A model generated the notes under the pieces. It had not been told where the DNA came from and did not search any database. It worked only from the letters and a program-made list of their open reading frames with translations. A DNA stretch of 32,997 bases, taken from positions 1 to 32,997 of the forward strand of contig JAKEHA010000328.1 of NCBI GenBank assembly GCA_022615275.1, in the 5' to 3' direction. Each line of letters begins with the position of its first letter. Within the stretch, counting starts at the first letter, position 1. The DNA is from Candidatus Latescibacterota bacterium. Lineage in GTDB: Bacteria > Krumholzibacteriota > Krumholzibacteriia > WVZY01 > JAKEHA01. Shown here one piece after another: positions 18,028 through 27,789 of the stretch. A program made the position numbers and the translations under genes.

Positions 18028-19989
18028 CTACTTCCCCTGCCCCGCGTAGTGGCTCAACACTCGTTCGATGCGCTGCTTCGCGGCGGGGGGGAGGTTCATG
18101 TTGCTCACACTTCGAAACACCTCGAGCCCTTCGTCGATGCGACCCGCGCGCAGAAGACTCTCGCCGTACAGGAAGCGATAGAACGCCTCCTCGGGGTGGT
18201 AGCGAACGCCTTCGCGCGAGACCTCCAGCATCTTCCCCCAGTCGTTCTTCTTTTCGAGAAATAGCACCAGCCGGTAGCGCGCCTTGACGAAGTCGGGGCG
18301 CCGTGCGAGCACTCTTTCGAGCACCGCGATCGCCTCGTCGATCTGCCCGGCCTCCTCCAAGTAGACAGCGAGTCGAACATAGTGGCGCGGGTTGTGACCG
18401 TTCTCAATGGCGATGTTCATGGTCGCGACCGCCGCCGGCAGGTTGCCGCGGTCGTGCTCCAGGATGGCGAGGTTCTCCCACGCGTAGGCGGCCATCGCCT
18501 TGTCGTAGGCGAGAATGCGCTGGAAGCGATCGATCGTGCGATCGGTCGAGGTATTGATGCCCACCCACGCGACCCCCATCACCGCGACCAGGACCAGCGA
18601 CGGAACCGCGAAGCGTGCGGTCATGTCGGCCGACAATTCACCCGCGCGCGCGTAGCGGTTCAACGCCAAGATCGAGAGCGGGACCAACGCGGTGGTCGCC
18701 ATCGTGAATAGATCCCAGTCGCGCGCCATCCCGATCTCGGGCTTGAAGAAGAAGAGATACATCGCGCACGCGACGAGGATCGTTCCCACGAACTGCCACT
18801 CGACGGGGTGCGAAAAGAGCAAGCTCGGGTCTTTGGTGGCAACCTTGTCGCGCGCGGGATCCATCCGCCGTCCGAGCCAGCCCATCACCGCCACGACCGG
18901 CATGATGGGGAGCAGCATCAACGCCTCGTTGGCGACGTCCACGAAATGCCGCGGCGAGAGGAGCGTGTTGCCGGTGACGCCGAACGGCACGAAGAACTTT
19001 TTCATGCTCTCGACCGAGGAGCAGGCCACGATCGCGACCACCATCGCCACCGAAACCACCGGCAGCCAGTAACGCATGAGGGTTGCGCGGCGGTTGCGCG
19101 CGCTCATCCAGAAGACGAGGTACACGTATGACGGAATCAGCAGAATGCTGTGGACGTGGGCGTACCCCGCGAGGACGAGAGGAACGAACGGGAGCCACAG
19201 CGGCACCTTTCGGTGCAGGGCGGCAAACGCCGTCACGACGTAGACCGCCGTGAACAGATACGGCGATGTGTAGTTTTCGATGTAACCGAAGAAGAGCAGC
19301 ATCGAGCACGAGAACAGGGTCAAGACGACCATCCACACCCGCGCCTCTGCGCCCAGCGATTTGGCGCGCGCGACCATCAACACGAGGAACACGAACAGGC
19401 CGCCCAGGACGCAGTTGAGCATCCTCATCGACGGCACCGGCTGCTGCTTCCAGCGCGCGCCGGCTTTGACCGCGCTGTAATAGAGCAGCGTCGAACCAGG
19501 CGCGATCGCCTCCTCGGTGACGATGGCCTTCGCACTGCGCATGATGACGGAGTCGTGGCCTTCTTCCGCGGCTTCGAAGCTCTGCGCGATCAGCTGCCCG
19601 TCGCCCAGAAGATTGGTGGCCACACGGAACTGATAGAAGACGCCGATCGACGCCAGCGCGAGCACGGCCGCGACCGCCACGCCGACCGGACGCGGCGCCG
19701 CCGCGTGTTTGCCCGCCGCGCGCAGCGCGACGCCATAGACCACGCGTGCCACCCAGGGAACGAACGAAAGCACGAGAATGGCGAATGCAGCATGGCGGAA
19801 GGTCCGCGGAAGAAACGCGAGGTGGTTGACACCCCACAGTCGCAGCTCGGGGAAGAACGACGCGACGACGACGATCGCGGCCGAAAGCGCGGCCGCCGCG
19901 ACGACCCACGACAAACGTGAGCCGCCGCGGCGGTCAGTAGGAGACGAGACCGGCGGGTCGGGAGACGTACCCTTCCGCGCGCGGGCCAT
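18028..19989 (-). CDS. Polytopic membrane protein with C-terminal TPR repeats (paralog of 24949-27087)
   Basis: 653 aa. About 450 aa of repeated hydrophobic helices are followed by TPR-like repeats. Shares LGDG(Q/N)(L/I)I and ARDWDL motifs with the 712-aa protein. Confidence 0.8.
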   Translation of the reverse strand: MARARKGTSPDPPVSSPTDRRGGSRLSWVVAAAALSAAIVVVASFFPELRLWGVNHLAFLPRTFRHAAFAILVLSFVPWVARVVYGVALRAAGKHAAAPRPVGVAVAAVLALASIGVFYQFRVATNLLGDGQLIAQSFEAAEEGHDSVIMRSAKAIVTEEAIAPGSTLLYYSAVKAGARWKQQPVPSMRMLNCVLGGLFVFLVLMVARAKSLGAEARVWMVVLTLFSCSMLLFFGYIENYTSPYLFTAVYVVTAFAALHRKVPLWLPFVPLVLAGYAHVHSILLIPSYVYLVFWMSARNRRATLMRYWLPVVSVAMVVAIVACSSVESMKKFFVPFGVTGNTLLSPRHFVDVANEALMLLPIMPVVAVMGWLGRRMDPARDKVATKDPSLLFSHPVEWQFVGTILVACAMYLFFFKPEIGMARDWDLFTMATTALVPLSILALNRYARAGELSADMTARFAVPSLVLVAVMGVAWVGINTSTDRTIDRFQRILAYDKAMAAYAWENLAILEHDRGNLPAAVATMNIAIENGHNPRHYVRLAVYLEEAGQIDEAIAVLERVLARRPDFVKARYRLVLFLEKKNDWGKMLEVSREGVRYHPEEAFYRFLYGESLLRAGRIDEGLEVFRSVSNMNLPPAAKQRIERVLSHYAGQGK

Positions 19990-19995
19990 ACCGAA

Positions 19996-21777
19996 CTACA
20001 TCGACGCCGTCATGAAGCGGGCCGCGTCGTAGTTGGGCGCGACGTCGGTCGGGATGCCACCGAACTTGCCGACAATCCGCTCCACCTCGGGCGGTACCGT
20101 GCCCCACGTATCGACGAACGCTTGCGCGGCGTCGAAGTCCCCGCGCGCTTGCAGCATGCACAGCTCGTTGGTGAGCGACCTGACCGCTTCCGGCATCTTG
20201 TCGAGCACCACCGTGTAGCGATCGGTGGCCTCGTCGTGCACGATGGCACCTTTGTCCTTGAACCAGTTGTACTGGATCATGTTGCCCTTGGCGTGCGCTT
20301 CGTGCAGGCCCCAGCGAATGGCGCGGAAGAAGCCGGGCAGGAACACGACGTAGGCCTGGTCCAATTCTTCCTTGGTGTAGAAGCCCTTCGCTACCAGGAA
20401 CTCGGTGTTGTAGAGACCCATCACGTCCGCCTTGCACTCCTCGAGCGGCGAGTATAGCGTCTTCAAGGCCAGATTCACCGTGGTCTTGGAGCCGTCGGGG
20501 AGCGTGATCGTCCCCGGTCCCAGGCCGTGCGACAGCTCGTGCATGACCGAGCTTCCGAAGAAACTCTCGAAGTTCACGTATGCAAGTTGCTCCGGTGTGA
20601 GCACGAGGTTCGCGATCGGGGTGAGGATCTTGTCGTACTTCGCGCGCGAGATGTTCTTGAGCATGACCTTCTTCGAACCCTTCGCCTCGCGCACGCGCTC
20701 GTCGTTGGGCAGGTTGTACGCGATCGCGTGCACGCCCTTGCCCATGTCGCCGCCGACGTGGATCACGTCGACTACCGCGATGGGCGAATCCGTCCCGCGA
20801 TTGGGATTCTTGAACTCGTTCGGGATGGGGAGATTGCGCTCCATCGCGGGCAGGTAGTGCTTCAGCTCCTCCAGCTTCTTGCTATCGGCCGGGTTGCGCA
20901 TCGCGATGACGGCCTCGAACGACGCCTTATAATTGAACAGCGCGTCCTCGTAGACTTCGTAGGGACCGATGGTCACGTCGAGGATGTTGTCCTTGATATC
21001 CATCCAGTCCATGTCGCTCTGAAAGTAATCGTTGGACTGGAACGCGGCCGCGCGGCTGCGCAGGAACGTGGCCAGAGTCGTGTAGTCGACGCCGTTCGCG
21101 AGCTGCGCCTTGGTCGATTCGGACGTGAGAATGTCGGCGGCCTCATTCATGAGACGCGAGGCGTCGCGCAGGTACGATCCGTACGCCTCGCTGTAGGGAA
21201 CCGAATGCAGGGTGCCGTCGGCGCCGCGCTGGACGCGTGTGAAGTAGCCCGTCATCGCGTCCTTATGGTCGGGATTCGCGGCGATGTACGTCTCCAGCTC
21301 TTCCTTGGTCATGTCGAGCGGGTAGTAGCCCGCGCCCGCCGGCTTGGGCATATTGCCGATGAACGGCAAGTCGTGCTCCAGGCGAATCCACGGGCCCGCG
21401 TTGAGATTGAAGAAATAGAGCAAGTCCTGCGCGAGCCGTTTGTTGGGCCCGTCCACCGCGGCCGCGGCCGCGAGTTGATCGCGCATGGGGATATTTCCTT
21501 CCCAGACTTGCTGCAGGAAGATCTCGTCGAAGATACGCGCCACTTCCACCAGCTTGGCGAGCGCCTGCTTTTCCGGCGCCGACAGAATGGTGGCGTCGTA
21601 CACGATCTCGACCGGTGCTAAGCGCGACATCTGAATGAGCAGTGAATCTTGCGAGATGTGGGTAACACTCAACTCCGCGCCCTCCTCCGCCTGCTTCGAT
21701 TTCTTGCTGCACGCGGGGAGCCACGCGACCAGCGCGGCGATCGCCACGGTGAGAGCTTTGTTCGCGAACGATTTCAT
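19996..21777 (-). CDS. Dipeptidyl-peptidase III-like zinc metallopeptidase (M49-like, pentapeptide HExxH subtype), lipoprotein
   Basis: Lipobox LVAWLPAC. First zinc motif HELSH in VMHELSHGLGP; second motif EECKAD in SPLEECKADVMG. Confidence 0.75.
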   Translation of the reverse strand: MKSFANKALTVAIAALVAWLPACSKKSKQAEEGAELSVTHISQDSLLIQMSRLAPVEIVYDATILSAPEKQALAKLVEVARIFDEIFLQQVWEGNIPMRDQLAAAAAVDGPNKRLAQDLLYFFNLNAGPWIRLEHDLPFIGNMPKPAGAGYYPLDMTKEELETYIAANPDHKDAMTGYFTRVQRGADGTLHSVPYSEAYGSYLRDASRLMNEAADILTSESTKAQLANGVDYTTLATFLRSRAAAFQSNDYFQSDMDWMDIKDNILDVTIGPYEVYEDALFNYKASFEAVIAMRNPADSKKLEELKHYLPAMERNLPIPNEFKNPNRGTDSPIAVVDVIHVGGDMGKGVHAIAYNLPNDERVREAKGSKKVMLKNISRAKYDKILTPIANLVLTPEQLAYVNFESFFGSSVMHELSHGLGPGTITLPDGSKTTVNLALKTLYSPLEECKADVMGLYNTEFLVAKGFYTKEELDQAYVVFLPGFFRAIRWGLHEAHAKGNMIQYNWFKDKGAIVHDEATDRYTVVLDKMPEAVRSLTNELCMLQARGDFDAAQAFVDTWGTVPPEVERIVGKFGGIPTDVAPNYDAARFMTASM

Positions 21778-22027
21778 GATTCTCCTTCAGGGGTTGGCGC
21801 TCCGAAGAACGCGTTTCCGGCCGGGTTCGGGCGGCCCCTGCCTGCTCTATAGCGTGAGCCGGTATTATGGGCCCTTCCGGCCGGGATTGTAAAGGACGGG
21901 CCGCGACCCGCCGGGCTCCCGAATCGAGGTTCGAGGCCCCGCCATGCGGTATCCGTATGCCACACCCTTGTTGTGCGGGCGGAGTTTCGCGTATCATTCT
22001 CGCTCCCTCCCCCTGGACCGGAGCATC

Positions 22028-23926
22028 ATGCGTCGATCCGTCATTCTCGCCACCCTGACCCTTCTCGGGGGTTGGATCGCCGCGGCCGGCCCCGCCGACG
22101 CGGCCAACGTCACCCTCTCGCTACGCTTCCGCGATTCGGGTGGGACCCAACTCTCGGTGCGCGCGGGCGTGTTCGCGGGCGGCGCCTCGTATCCCACCGG
22201 CAATCCGGAAGGGAACCTGTATCAATCGCGCGGCGCGCACAGCTACTTCTATACCGGCGGCAACGTGAACGTCGTCGTTCCGGCGGGCCAAGTCACGATC
22301 CGCGCGGGCCGCGGTTTCGAGTTCGAAGCCCTCGACACGACGCTGGCCGTCACGTCGTCGAGGACGCTGACTTTCCGGTTGAGCCGCATCATCAATATGT
22401 CGAACCTGGGCTGGTACTCGGGCGACACCCACGTTCATATCTCGCACCCACCCATCATTTACTCGCTCGACGCGCAGGACCTCCTCATGGTGGCTCGCGC
22501 GGAGGAGTTGAACTTCATCAACTCGATGGAGGAAGCGGAGTTCTTCACGGGCACGATCGACCCGGTGAGCCAGTCGGACCGCATCGTGTTCTTCAGCAAG
22601 GAGCAGCGTAACGCGCACTTCTCCCATCTCTCGATTCTGGGGATGAAACAGTGGATCTACGACTCGTCCGGCTGCGAGGAGGAAGACCTCGCGTGCGGTA
22701 GCACGCTCGACGCGGCCATCTACGCCCAGGCGCACGCGCAACCCGGTGAGATCGCGGTGATCGCGACGCATCCGTTCTCGACTTTCGACACCTTCGACAT
22801 CGAAGGCTGGCCGGGAGTGGGAATGTGGCGCGGCATGCCGGTCGATCTCGCGGGCGGCACGGTCGACGCGATGGATCTCTTGAGCTACACGAGCGCGGTA
22901 CCGCCGGCCGGCGTCGAGCCGTACTTCCAGGCGCTCAATGCGGGCTTTCGCCTTCCGCCCGCGGCCGGCACCGACTGCGGGCTCGGATCGGGCACCTCGG
23001 GACCGGTGGGAGGGTATCGCGTCTACGTCGATCCCGTCGGCGCGTTCACCATGGACTCGTGGATTGCGGGGCTGAAAGCAGGGCGCTCGTTCGTCAGCAA
23101 CTATCCGCTGTTCACCGCGTTCAACGTCGAGGGTGCGGTACCCGGCGACGTTCTCACCGTCGACGAGGCGACGCTCACCGGCACGGTGTCGGTTCGCTGC
23201 CGGCTTCCCATCAATCGCGTCGAGATCTGGGGCGACACCGGACTGCTGCGCGCGATGACGCCGCCCAACGGGACGGCCAAGTCGTTCACGGCCTCCTTCG
23301 AGATCGCGAGCGCGGGGCTGACGTGGGTGGTTGCAAGAGTGCTCGGGTTGTCCTCCGGATGGCACGTGGTACCGGCGGGCGGGCTCTTCGCGCAGACCGC
23401 GCCCGTGTACCTCGAGCGCAGCACGGCGCTGCGCGAGCCCGAGACGCGCGGCGTCTCGTACACGCGGGCGCAGGCGGCCGAGTATCTCCTCGCGCAAGTG
23501 GACGAAACCGAAGCCGTGTTCAACGCGCTGGGTTCGTTCCCGAACGGATCGCGCGAGTCGTTCGACCTCGCCATCGCGTCGGCGCGCGCGTTCTATACCA
23601 CGCTCGCGAGCTCTCCCACGGACGTCGCAGCACCGGCGCTCCCGGCCGCGTGGACGCTGCGCAACGCGTGGCCGAATCCCTTCGCGAGCGACGTCCACAT
23701 CGACTATTCGACCCCCGTCGGCGGCGGCGAGCACACTGTCGCGGTCTACGACGTCGCGGGGCGCGTCGTGAGCACGCTTTTTTCCGGGCGCCGCGACGGC
23801 GGTGACCATCGCTTGAGTTGGGACGGCCGCGATTCGAGCGGGGAGCGCGTCGCCTCCGGCGTGTACTTCGTGCGCATGCGCACACCCGACGCCGCGGTCG
23901 CCCGTAAGCTCGTCTTACTGCGCTGA
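22028..23926 (+). CDS. CehA/McbA-type (PHP-like) metallohydrolase with FlgD-Ig/T9SS-like C-terminal domain
   Basis: The ATG at 22028 gives the signal peptide MRRSVILATLTLLGGWIAAAGPADA (the track ORF starts at 21944). GDTHVHISHP metal motif. C-terminus WPNPFASDVHIDYS...YDVAGRVV...SGVYFVRM. Confidence 0.72.
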   Translation: MRRSVILATLTLLGGWIAAAGPADAANVTLSLRFRDSGGTQLSVRAGVFAGGASYPTGNPEGNLYQSRGAHSYFYTGGNVNVVVPAGQVTIRAGRGFEFEALDTTLAVTSSRTLTFRLSRIINMSNLGWYSGDTHVHISHPPIIYSLDAQDLLMVARAEELNFINSMEEAEFFTGTIDPVSQSDRIVFFSKEQRNAHFSHLSILGMKQWIYDSSGCEEEDLACGSTLDAAIYAQAHAQPGEIAVIATHPFSTFDTFDIEGWPGVGMWRGMPVDLAGGTVDAMDLLSYTSAVPPAGVEPYFQALNAGFRLPPAAGTDCGLGSGTSGPVGGYRVYVDPVGAFTMDSWIAGLKAGRSFVSNYPLFTAFNVEGAVPGDVLTVDEATLTGTVSVRCRLPINRVEIWGDTGLLRAMTPPNGTAKSFTASFEIASAGLTWVVARVLGLSSGWHVVPAGGLFAQTAPVYLERSTALREPETRGVSYTRAQAAEYLLAQVDETEAVFNALGSFPNGSRESFDLAIASARAFYTTLASSPTDVAAPALPAAWTLRNAWPNPFASDVHIDYSTPVGGGEHTVAVYDVAGRVVSTLFSGRRDGGDHRLSWDGRDSSGERVASGVYFVRMRTPDAAVARKLVLLR

Positions 23927-23942
23927 CGTAAACCCTTTGGCC

Positions 23943-24923
23943 ATGAAGAAGCACTCGTTCGCTGTCGGCTCATGGCTCTGCGCCGCGATCGTGGCGCTGG
24001 CGCTCGCGTGTCAGACGGACGTCTATCCCCCCATTGACGAGTCGAAGCACATCATCGCGGTCGATCCTCCCGACCCGAAGGTCGTCGTGTTCGTGATCGA
24101 CGGGCCGCGCTACTCGGATTCGTTCGGAGATTCGCTGCACGTTCACGTCGACGAGATCTGGAACCAATTGCGCCCGCTGGGGACGCTGTGCTCCAATTTC
24201 CGCAACCTCGGCTGGACGCTGACCATTCCTGGTCACGCGACCATGCTCACGGGCGTGTGGCAGTACCTGAACAACGACGGACTCGAACGGCCGCAAGAGC
24301 CGACGCTGTTCGAGTATTACCGACAGGCCAAGGGCGCACCGGCCGCCGACGCGGTGCTCGTGGGCGGAAAATCCAAGCTGGCCGCGTGCGCGTACAGCAA
24401 CCATCCCGCGTACGGCGCGGCCTTCGGAGCGCTCGTGGATGTGGACAACGTATCCGATTTCGAAACCTACGACGCCGTCATCACCCGGCTACAGTCCGAT
24501 CACCCTCACTTGATGATGGCGTCGTTCTCGCAGGTCGATCAGAAGGGTCATAGCGGCGTGTGGGCGGACTACGTCGACCAGATCGAGATCGTCGATTCGT
24601 TGGCCGTGCTGACGTGGAATTATCTGCAATCGGATCCCGTCTACGCCGGGCAGACGTACCTGTTCATCACCGCCGACCACGGGCGGCACGACGACCAGCA
24701 CGGCGGATTCCAGAACCACGGAGACGCGTGCGCCGGTTGCCAGCACGTCATCTTCCTGGCACTCGGACCCGATATTCGCGTGGACTACGACGTGACGACG
24801 CTGTACACGCAGCGCGACGTGTGCACGACCGTCGGCGAGCTGCTCGACATCGCGACGCCGTATGCCGACGGATTTACGATGGAGGAGATCTTCGAGCCGG
24901 TTTCGACGGGTGTCGGCGACTAG
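23943..24923 (+). CDS. Alkaline-phosphatase-superfamily enzyme, type I phosphodiesterase/nucleotide pyrophosphatase-like, lipoprotein
   Basis: Lipobox ALALAC. Motifs VFVIDGPRYSD, TIPGHATMLTG (NPP-like Thr nucleophile context), DQKGHSG and ITADHGRHD. Confidence 0.7.
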   Translation: MKKHSFAVGSWLCAAIVALALACQTDVYPPIDESKHIIAVDPPDPKVVVFVIDGPRYSDSFGDSLHVHVDEIWNQLRPLGTLCSNFRNLGWTLTIPGHATMLTGVWQYLNNDGLERPQEPTLFEYYRQAKGAPAADAVLVGGKSKLAACAYSNHPAYGAAFGALVDVDNVSDFETYDAVITRLQSDHPHLMMASFSQVDQKGHSGVWADYVDQIEIVDSLAVLTWNYLQSDPVYAGQTYLFITADHGRHDDQHGGFQNHGDACAGCQHVIFLALGPDIRVDYDVTTLYTQRDVCTTVGELLDIATPYADGFTMEEIFEPVSTGVGD

Positions 24924-24948
24924 GAGCGCGACGCGGGGCCCGACACGC

Positions 24949-27087
24949 TCACGGGCGATTGCGCGCCAGCCATTCTTCGATCTGGCCGCGGTCGGCGAAG
25001 GCCGGGTTCAGCGTAAGACAGGTCGTGAACTCTTGTCTCGCCTCGGCCGGGCGTCCCTGGTCGCGCATCACGTAGCCCATGAAGCAGTGCGCGTCCGCGA
25101 CCCTCGGGTCCAGTGCGATCGCTCTCGCGAGACTGCGTTCGGCTTCGTCCAGGCGTCCCAACCGCAAGAAGATGAAGCCGTGCGCGACGGCGATGCGCGG
25201 GTTTCCCGGATTCGCCGCGACGATGGGCGCGCATATTCGCTCCGCCTGCTCGAACGCGCGCGTCGATTCCGCGGTTCGACCCGCCTGCGAGAGCGCCTCG
25301 CCGAGCGTTAACTGCACCGACAGACTGTTTTGATCGGAACGCGAGAGCATCTCGAGGTGCGGAATCGCACCCTGCAGCCGGTTGAGCGCGGTCAGCGCCT
25401 GGACCAGCGCAATGCGAAACAGGGCCTTGTCGGGACGCATGCGGATGGCCTGTTCGAGCGACGCCACGGCCTCTTGGTAGTGGCCCGTCTTGAGATCGAG
25501 TGCCCCCAGCAGGTAGATCGCGTTCACGTTGGCGGGATTGGCTTGCAGCGCCCGCTGCAGCCACAGGCGCTGGTTCTCGACGTCGCCGCGCTGCCGGTAG
25601 TACGTCGACATGACGACTTCAGTGCGGCCCAGCCCGAGCGGCAGTGTCTGCAGCCGCGCGACGCTGCGCGACGGGTCGGCGTTGACCGCGATCCACGGCA
25701 CCGTGTGATAGAGCGAGGTGGCGGCCACGCACACGAGAGCCGCAATTACCGCGGTCTGGCGCACGCGGGGCAGCAACAGCAGCACCAGGGCCGCCGTCGT
25801 GAACACCAACCCCGAGTGCGACAGCAAATCCCAGTCGCGCGCGTATCCCAGGTTCGAGTCGCCGATCAGCCAGCACGCGACCAAGAAGCCCAGTCCCGCC
25901 ACCAGCACGAACCACGCCGCGGGGCGTCGGCGCAGGTCCTTCGAGAGAACGCCCGCCACGGCCGCGGGGACGAACAAGAACATCCCTAATGGACCGATCA
26001 GCAGCTGCTCGTTGAAAAAGTCGCGGAAGTGCCGGCCCGAGAGCATGTAGTCGCGATTCGACTCGTGCGCGAACGCGGTCCGCACCATTGCGAGCAGTGT
26101 GCTGAGCGGGTTGTAGCCTTCGCGCGCGCGCGTGAACGCGTACACCACGACGAATCCAATGACTGTCGCGACGGTCAAGTCGAGGAGCGCGCGCGGGCGC
26201 GATTCGCGGCGGGCTAGCGCAGCTACCATCAAGACTAGGAATGACGCGCCCAGCACCAGCGACGACAAGTGGAGCGCGAAGCAGAGAATCAGCGCGAGCG
26301 CTGGGAGCAAGAGCGGCGCGGCACCGCGCACGTGGCGCAGCGCAAGCCAGAGGTACGTCGCGACGCCCACCGCGTAGAACGAATAGTTCTCGACGTAACC
26401 GAAGAAGAGCTGCACGTAGCCCTGCGCGACGATCGTGAGCCACAGGAGCACGGTGATCACGCGGGCGTGATGATCCTCTTCGACCTTGACCAGGCGCGAG
26501 AGCTCGCGGGCGAGAAACCACACCACGATCAGGAACAGGAAACCCGCCAGCACGCTCCCGGGTGCCAGGGCGTCCTGTGAGTTCAAATCGATCGAACGAT
26601 TGGGGTCGTGAAACCACGTCTTGGTGGTCCGATACACCGCGTACTGCAGGAGACTCGTGAGCGGTTCCCGTTCCAGAAGCTGCTGCGAGTTGTCGATCTC
26701 TTCGACGATGATGTTGCCGTCGCCGAGGTAGGTGTGCGAGATGCGCGCGAACCAGAAGAGCGCGGTGCCGGCTGCGACGCATGCGGACGCAAGCACCAAC
26801 ATCCGCCTTCCGTCGACCACGGGAGCAAGCGTCTTCGTGATCGTCTCCACGACGGACTGGCGCCGACGGACGGTCACGAGAACCACGGCGACGAGCGCCA
26901 GCGTGGCGACGACAAGCAACCAGAGCGGATAGAAACCGTAGAAGTGCGCGCCCCACATCCACGCGAGATGCGGCTGTGCTGCAATCACGTGCACGGTCGC
27001 CGTGGCGAGACCGACCACGACCGCGCATCCCACCAGGACGCGATGGGCAGTGATTCCAGACCGGCGCGTGCGTTGCGGGGCGGCCAT
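24949..27087 (-). CDS. Polytopic membrane protein with C-terminal TPR repeats (paralog of 18028-19989)
   Basis: 712 aa. Same architecture as the 653-aa protein and the same LGDGNII / ARDWDL motifs. Long TPR region at the C-terminus. Confidence 0.8.
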   Translation of the reverse strand: MAAPQRTRRSGITAHRVLVGCAVVVGLATATVHVIAAQPHLAWMWGAHFYGFYPLWLLVVATLALVAVVLVTVRRRQSVVETITKTLAPVVDGRRMLVLASACVAAGTALFWFARISHTYLGDGNIIVEEIDNSQQLLEREPLTSLLQYAVYRTTKTWFHDPNRSIDLNSQDALAPGSVLAGFLFLIVVWFLARELSRLVKVEEDHHARVITVLLWLTIVAQGYVQLFFGYVENYSFYAVGVATYLWLALRHVRGAAPLLLPALALILCFALHLSSLVLGASFLVLMVAALARRESRPRALLDLTVATVIGFVVVYAFTRAREGYNPLSTLLAMVRTAFAHESNRDYMLSGRHFRDFFNEQLLIGPLGMFLFVPAAVAGVLSKDLRRRPAAWFVLVAGLGFLVACWLIGDSNLGYARDWDLLSHSGLVFTTAALVLLLLPRVRQTAVIAALVCVAATSLYHTVPWIAVNADPSRSVARLQTLPLGLGRTEVVMSTYYRQRGDVENQRLWLQRALQANPANVNAIYLLGALDLKTGHYQEAVASLEQAIRMRPDKALFRIALVQALTALNRLQGAIPHLEMLSRSDQNSLSVQLTLGEALSQAGRTAESTRAFEQAERICAPIVAANPGNPRIAVAHGFIFLRLGRLDEAERSLARAIALDPRVADAHCFMGYVMRDQGRPAEARQEFTTCLTLNPAFADRGQIEEWLARNRP

Positions 27088-27364
27088 GCGACGATGCTAG
27101 ACGAGCGACGCCTCGACCGCAAGCCGGGATGGCATTCGCCGGCCGCATCCACCATGGCGTAAGGCCCAATAAGAACAAGAGTTAATAAAACTCGAGGTCG
27201 GGGGCATTCTATTTGAGACAAACCGGTTATCCCGAAGGGCGGCGTGTGTGGCTCAACGTGAAGGCGCAGGACGCGAACGGTGCGCTCGTGTACGAGTCGG
27301 GTGCGTACGGCCCGCGCCTTTTTTGCCATCGAACGCGGTATACTCCCTCCAGGAGGTATCCCTC

Positions 27365-27685
27365 ATGCAGCTCATCAATCTCAAGAACGTGGAACCGCGC
27401 GAAGTGCAGCCGGGACACTGCGCGCGCTTCGTGCACTCGGCCCGGATGACCGTCGCGCACTGGCGCATCGACGCGGGATCGACCATTCCCGAGCACGACC
27501 ACCCCCACGAGCAGGTCGTCAACGTGCTCGCGGGCCGCTACGAGCTGACGGTGGCGGGAGAGCCGCTCACGTTGGAGCCCGGGATGGTCGTCGTGATCCC
27601 GAGTGGGGTCCGGCACTCGGGCCGCGCCCTCACCGATGCAATCTTGCTCGACGTGTTCCAGCCCGTGCGCGAGGACTATCGCTGA
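27365..27685 (+). CDS. Cupin-domain protein
   Basis: ATG at 27365 after [27 protein letters not shown] and [15 protein letters not shown] correspond to the two cupin motifs. Confidence 0.8.
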   Translation: MQLINLKNVEPREVQPGHCARFVHSARMTVAHWRIDAGSTIPEHDHPHEQVVNVLAGRYELTVAGEPLTLEPGMVVVIPSGVRHSGRALTDAILLDVFQPVREDYR

Positions 27686-27789
27686 ACGCCGAACGGCTTC
27701 GATAACACTCCTCGTTTCAATCCGTTACAGCGTCGCGGGAGACCCCGGCGGTGGCGCGAATCTTGCCCCGTCCACCCGGAGGTATTCCC

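Noticed and set aside
18303-27178. Long alternative-frame ORFs over the accessory genes (18638-19909 minus, 19150-19920 plus, 20527-21621 plus, 22121-23809 minus, 22825-23805 plus, 25619-27178 minus).
   Set aside because: Same GC-driven artefact. The chosen frames have signal peptides, TM/TPR patterns or catalytic motifs, while these read as R/G/A/P-rich noise.
27213-27330. Short reading frame [31 protein letters not shown] upstream of the cupin gene. It vaguely resembles a segment seen in some multihaem cytochrome-family proteins, so a gene relic is possible. A GC stretch followed by TTTTTT at about 27318-27326 is also present.
   Set aside because: It is only about 30 codons, has no haem-binding CxxCH, and I cannot verify the similarity without a database search. 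The T-run is not preceded by a convincing local hairpin.
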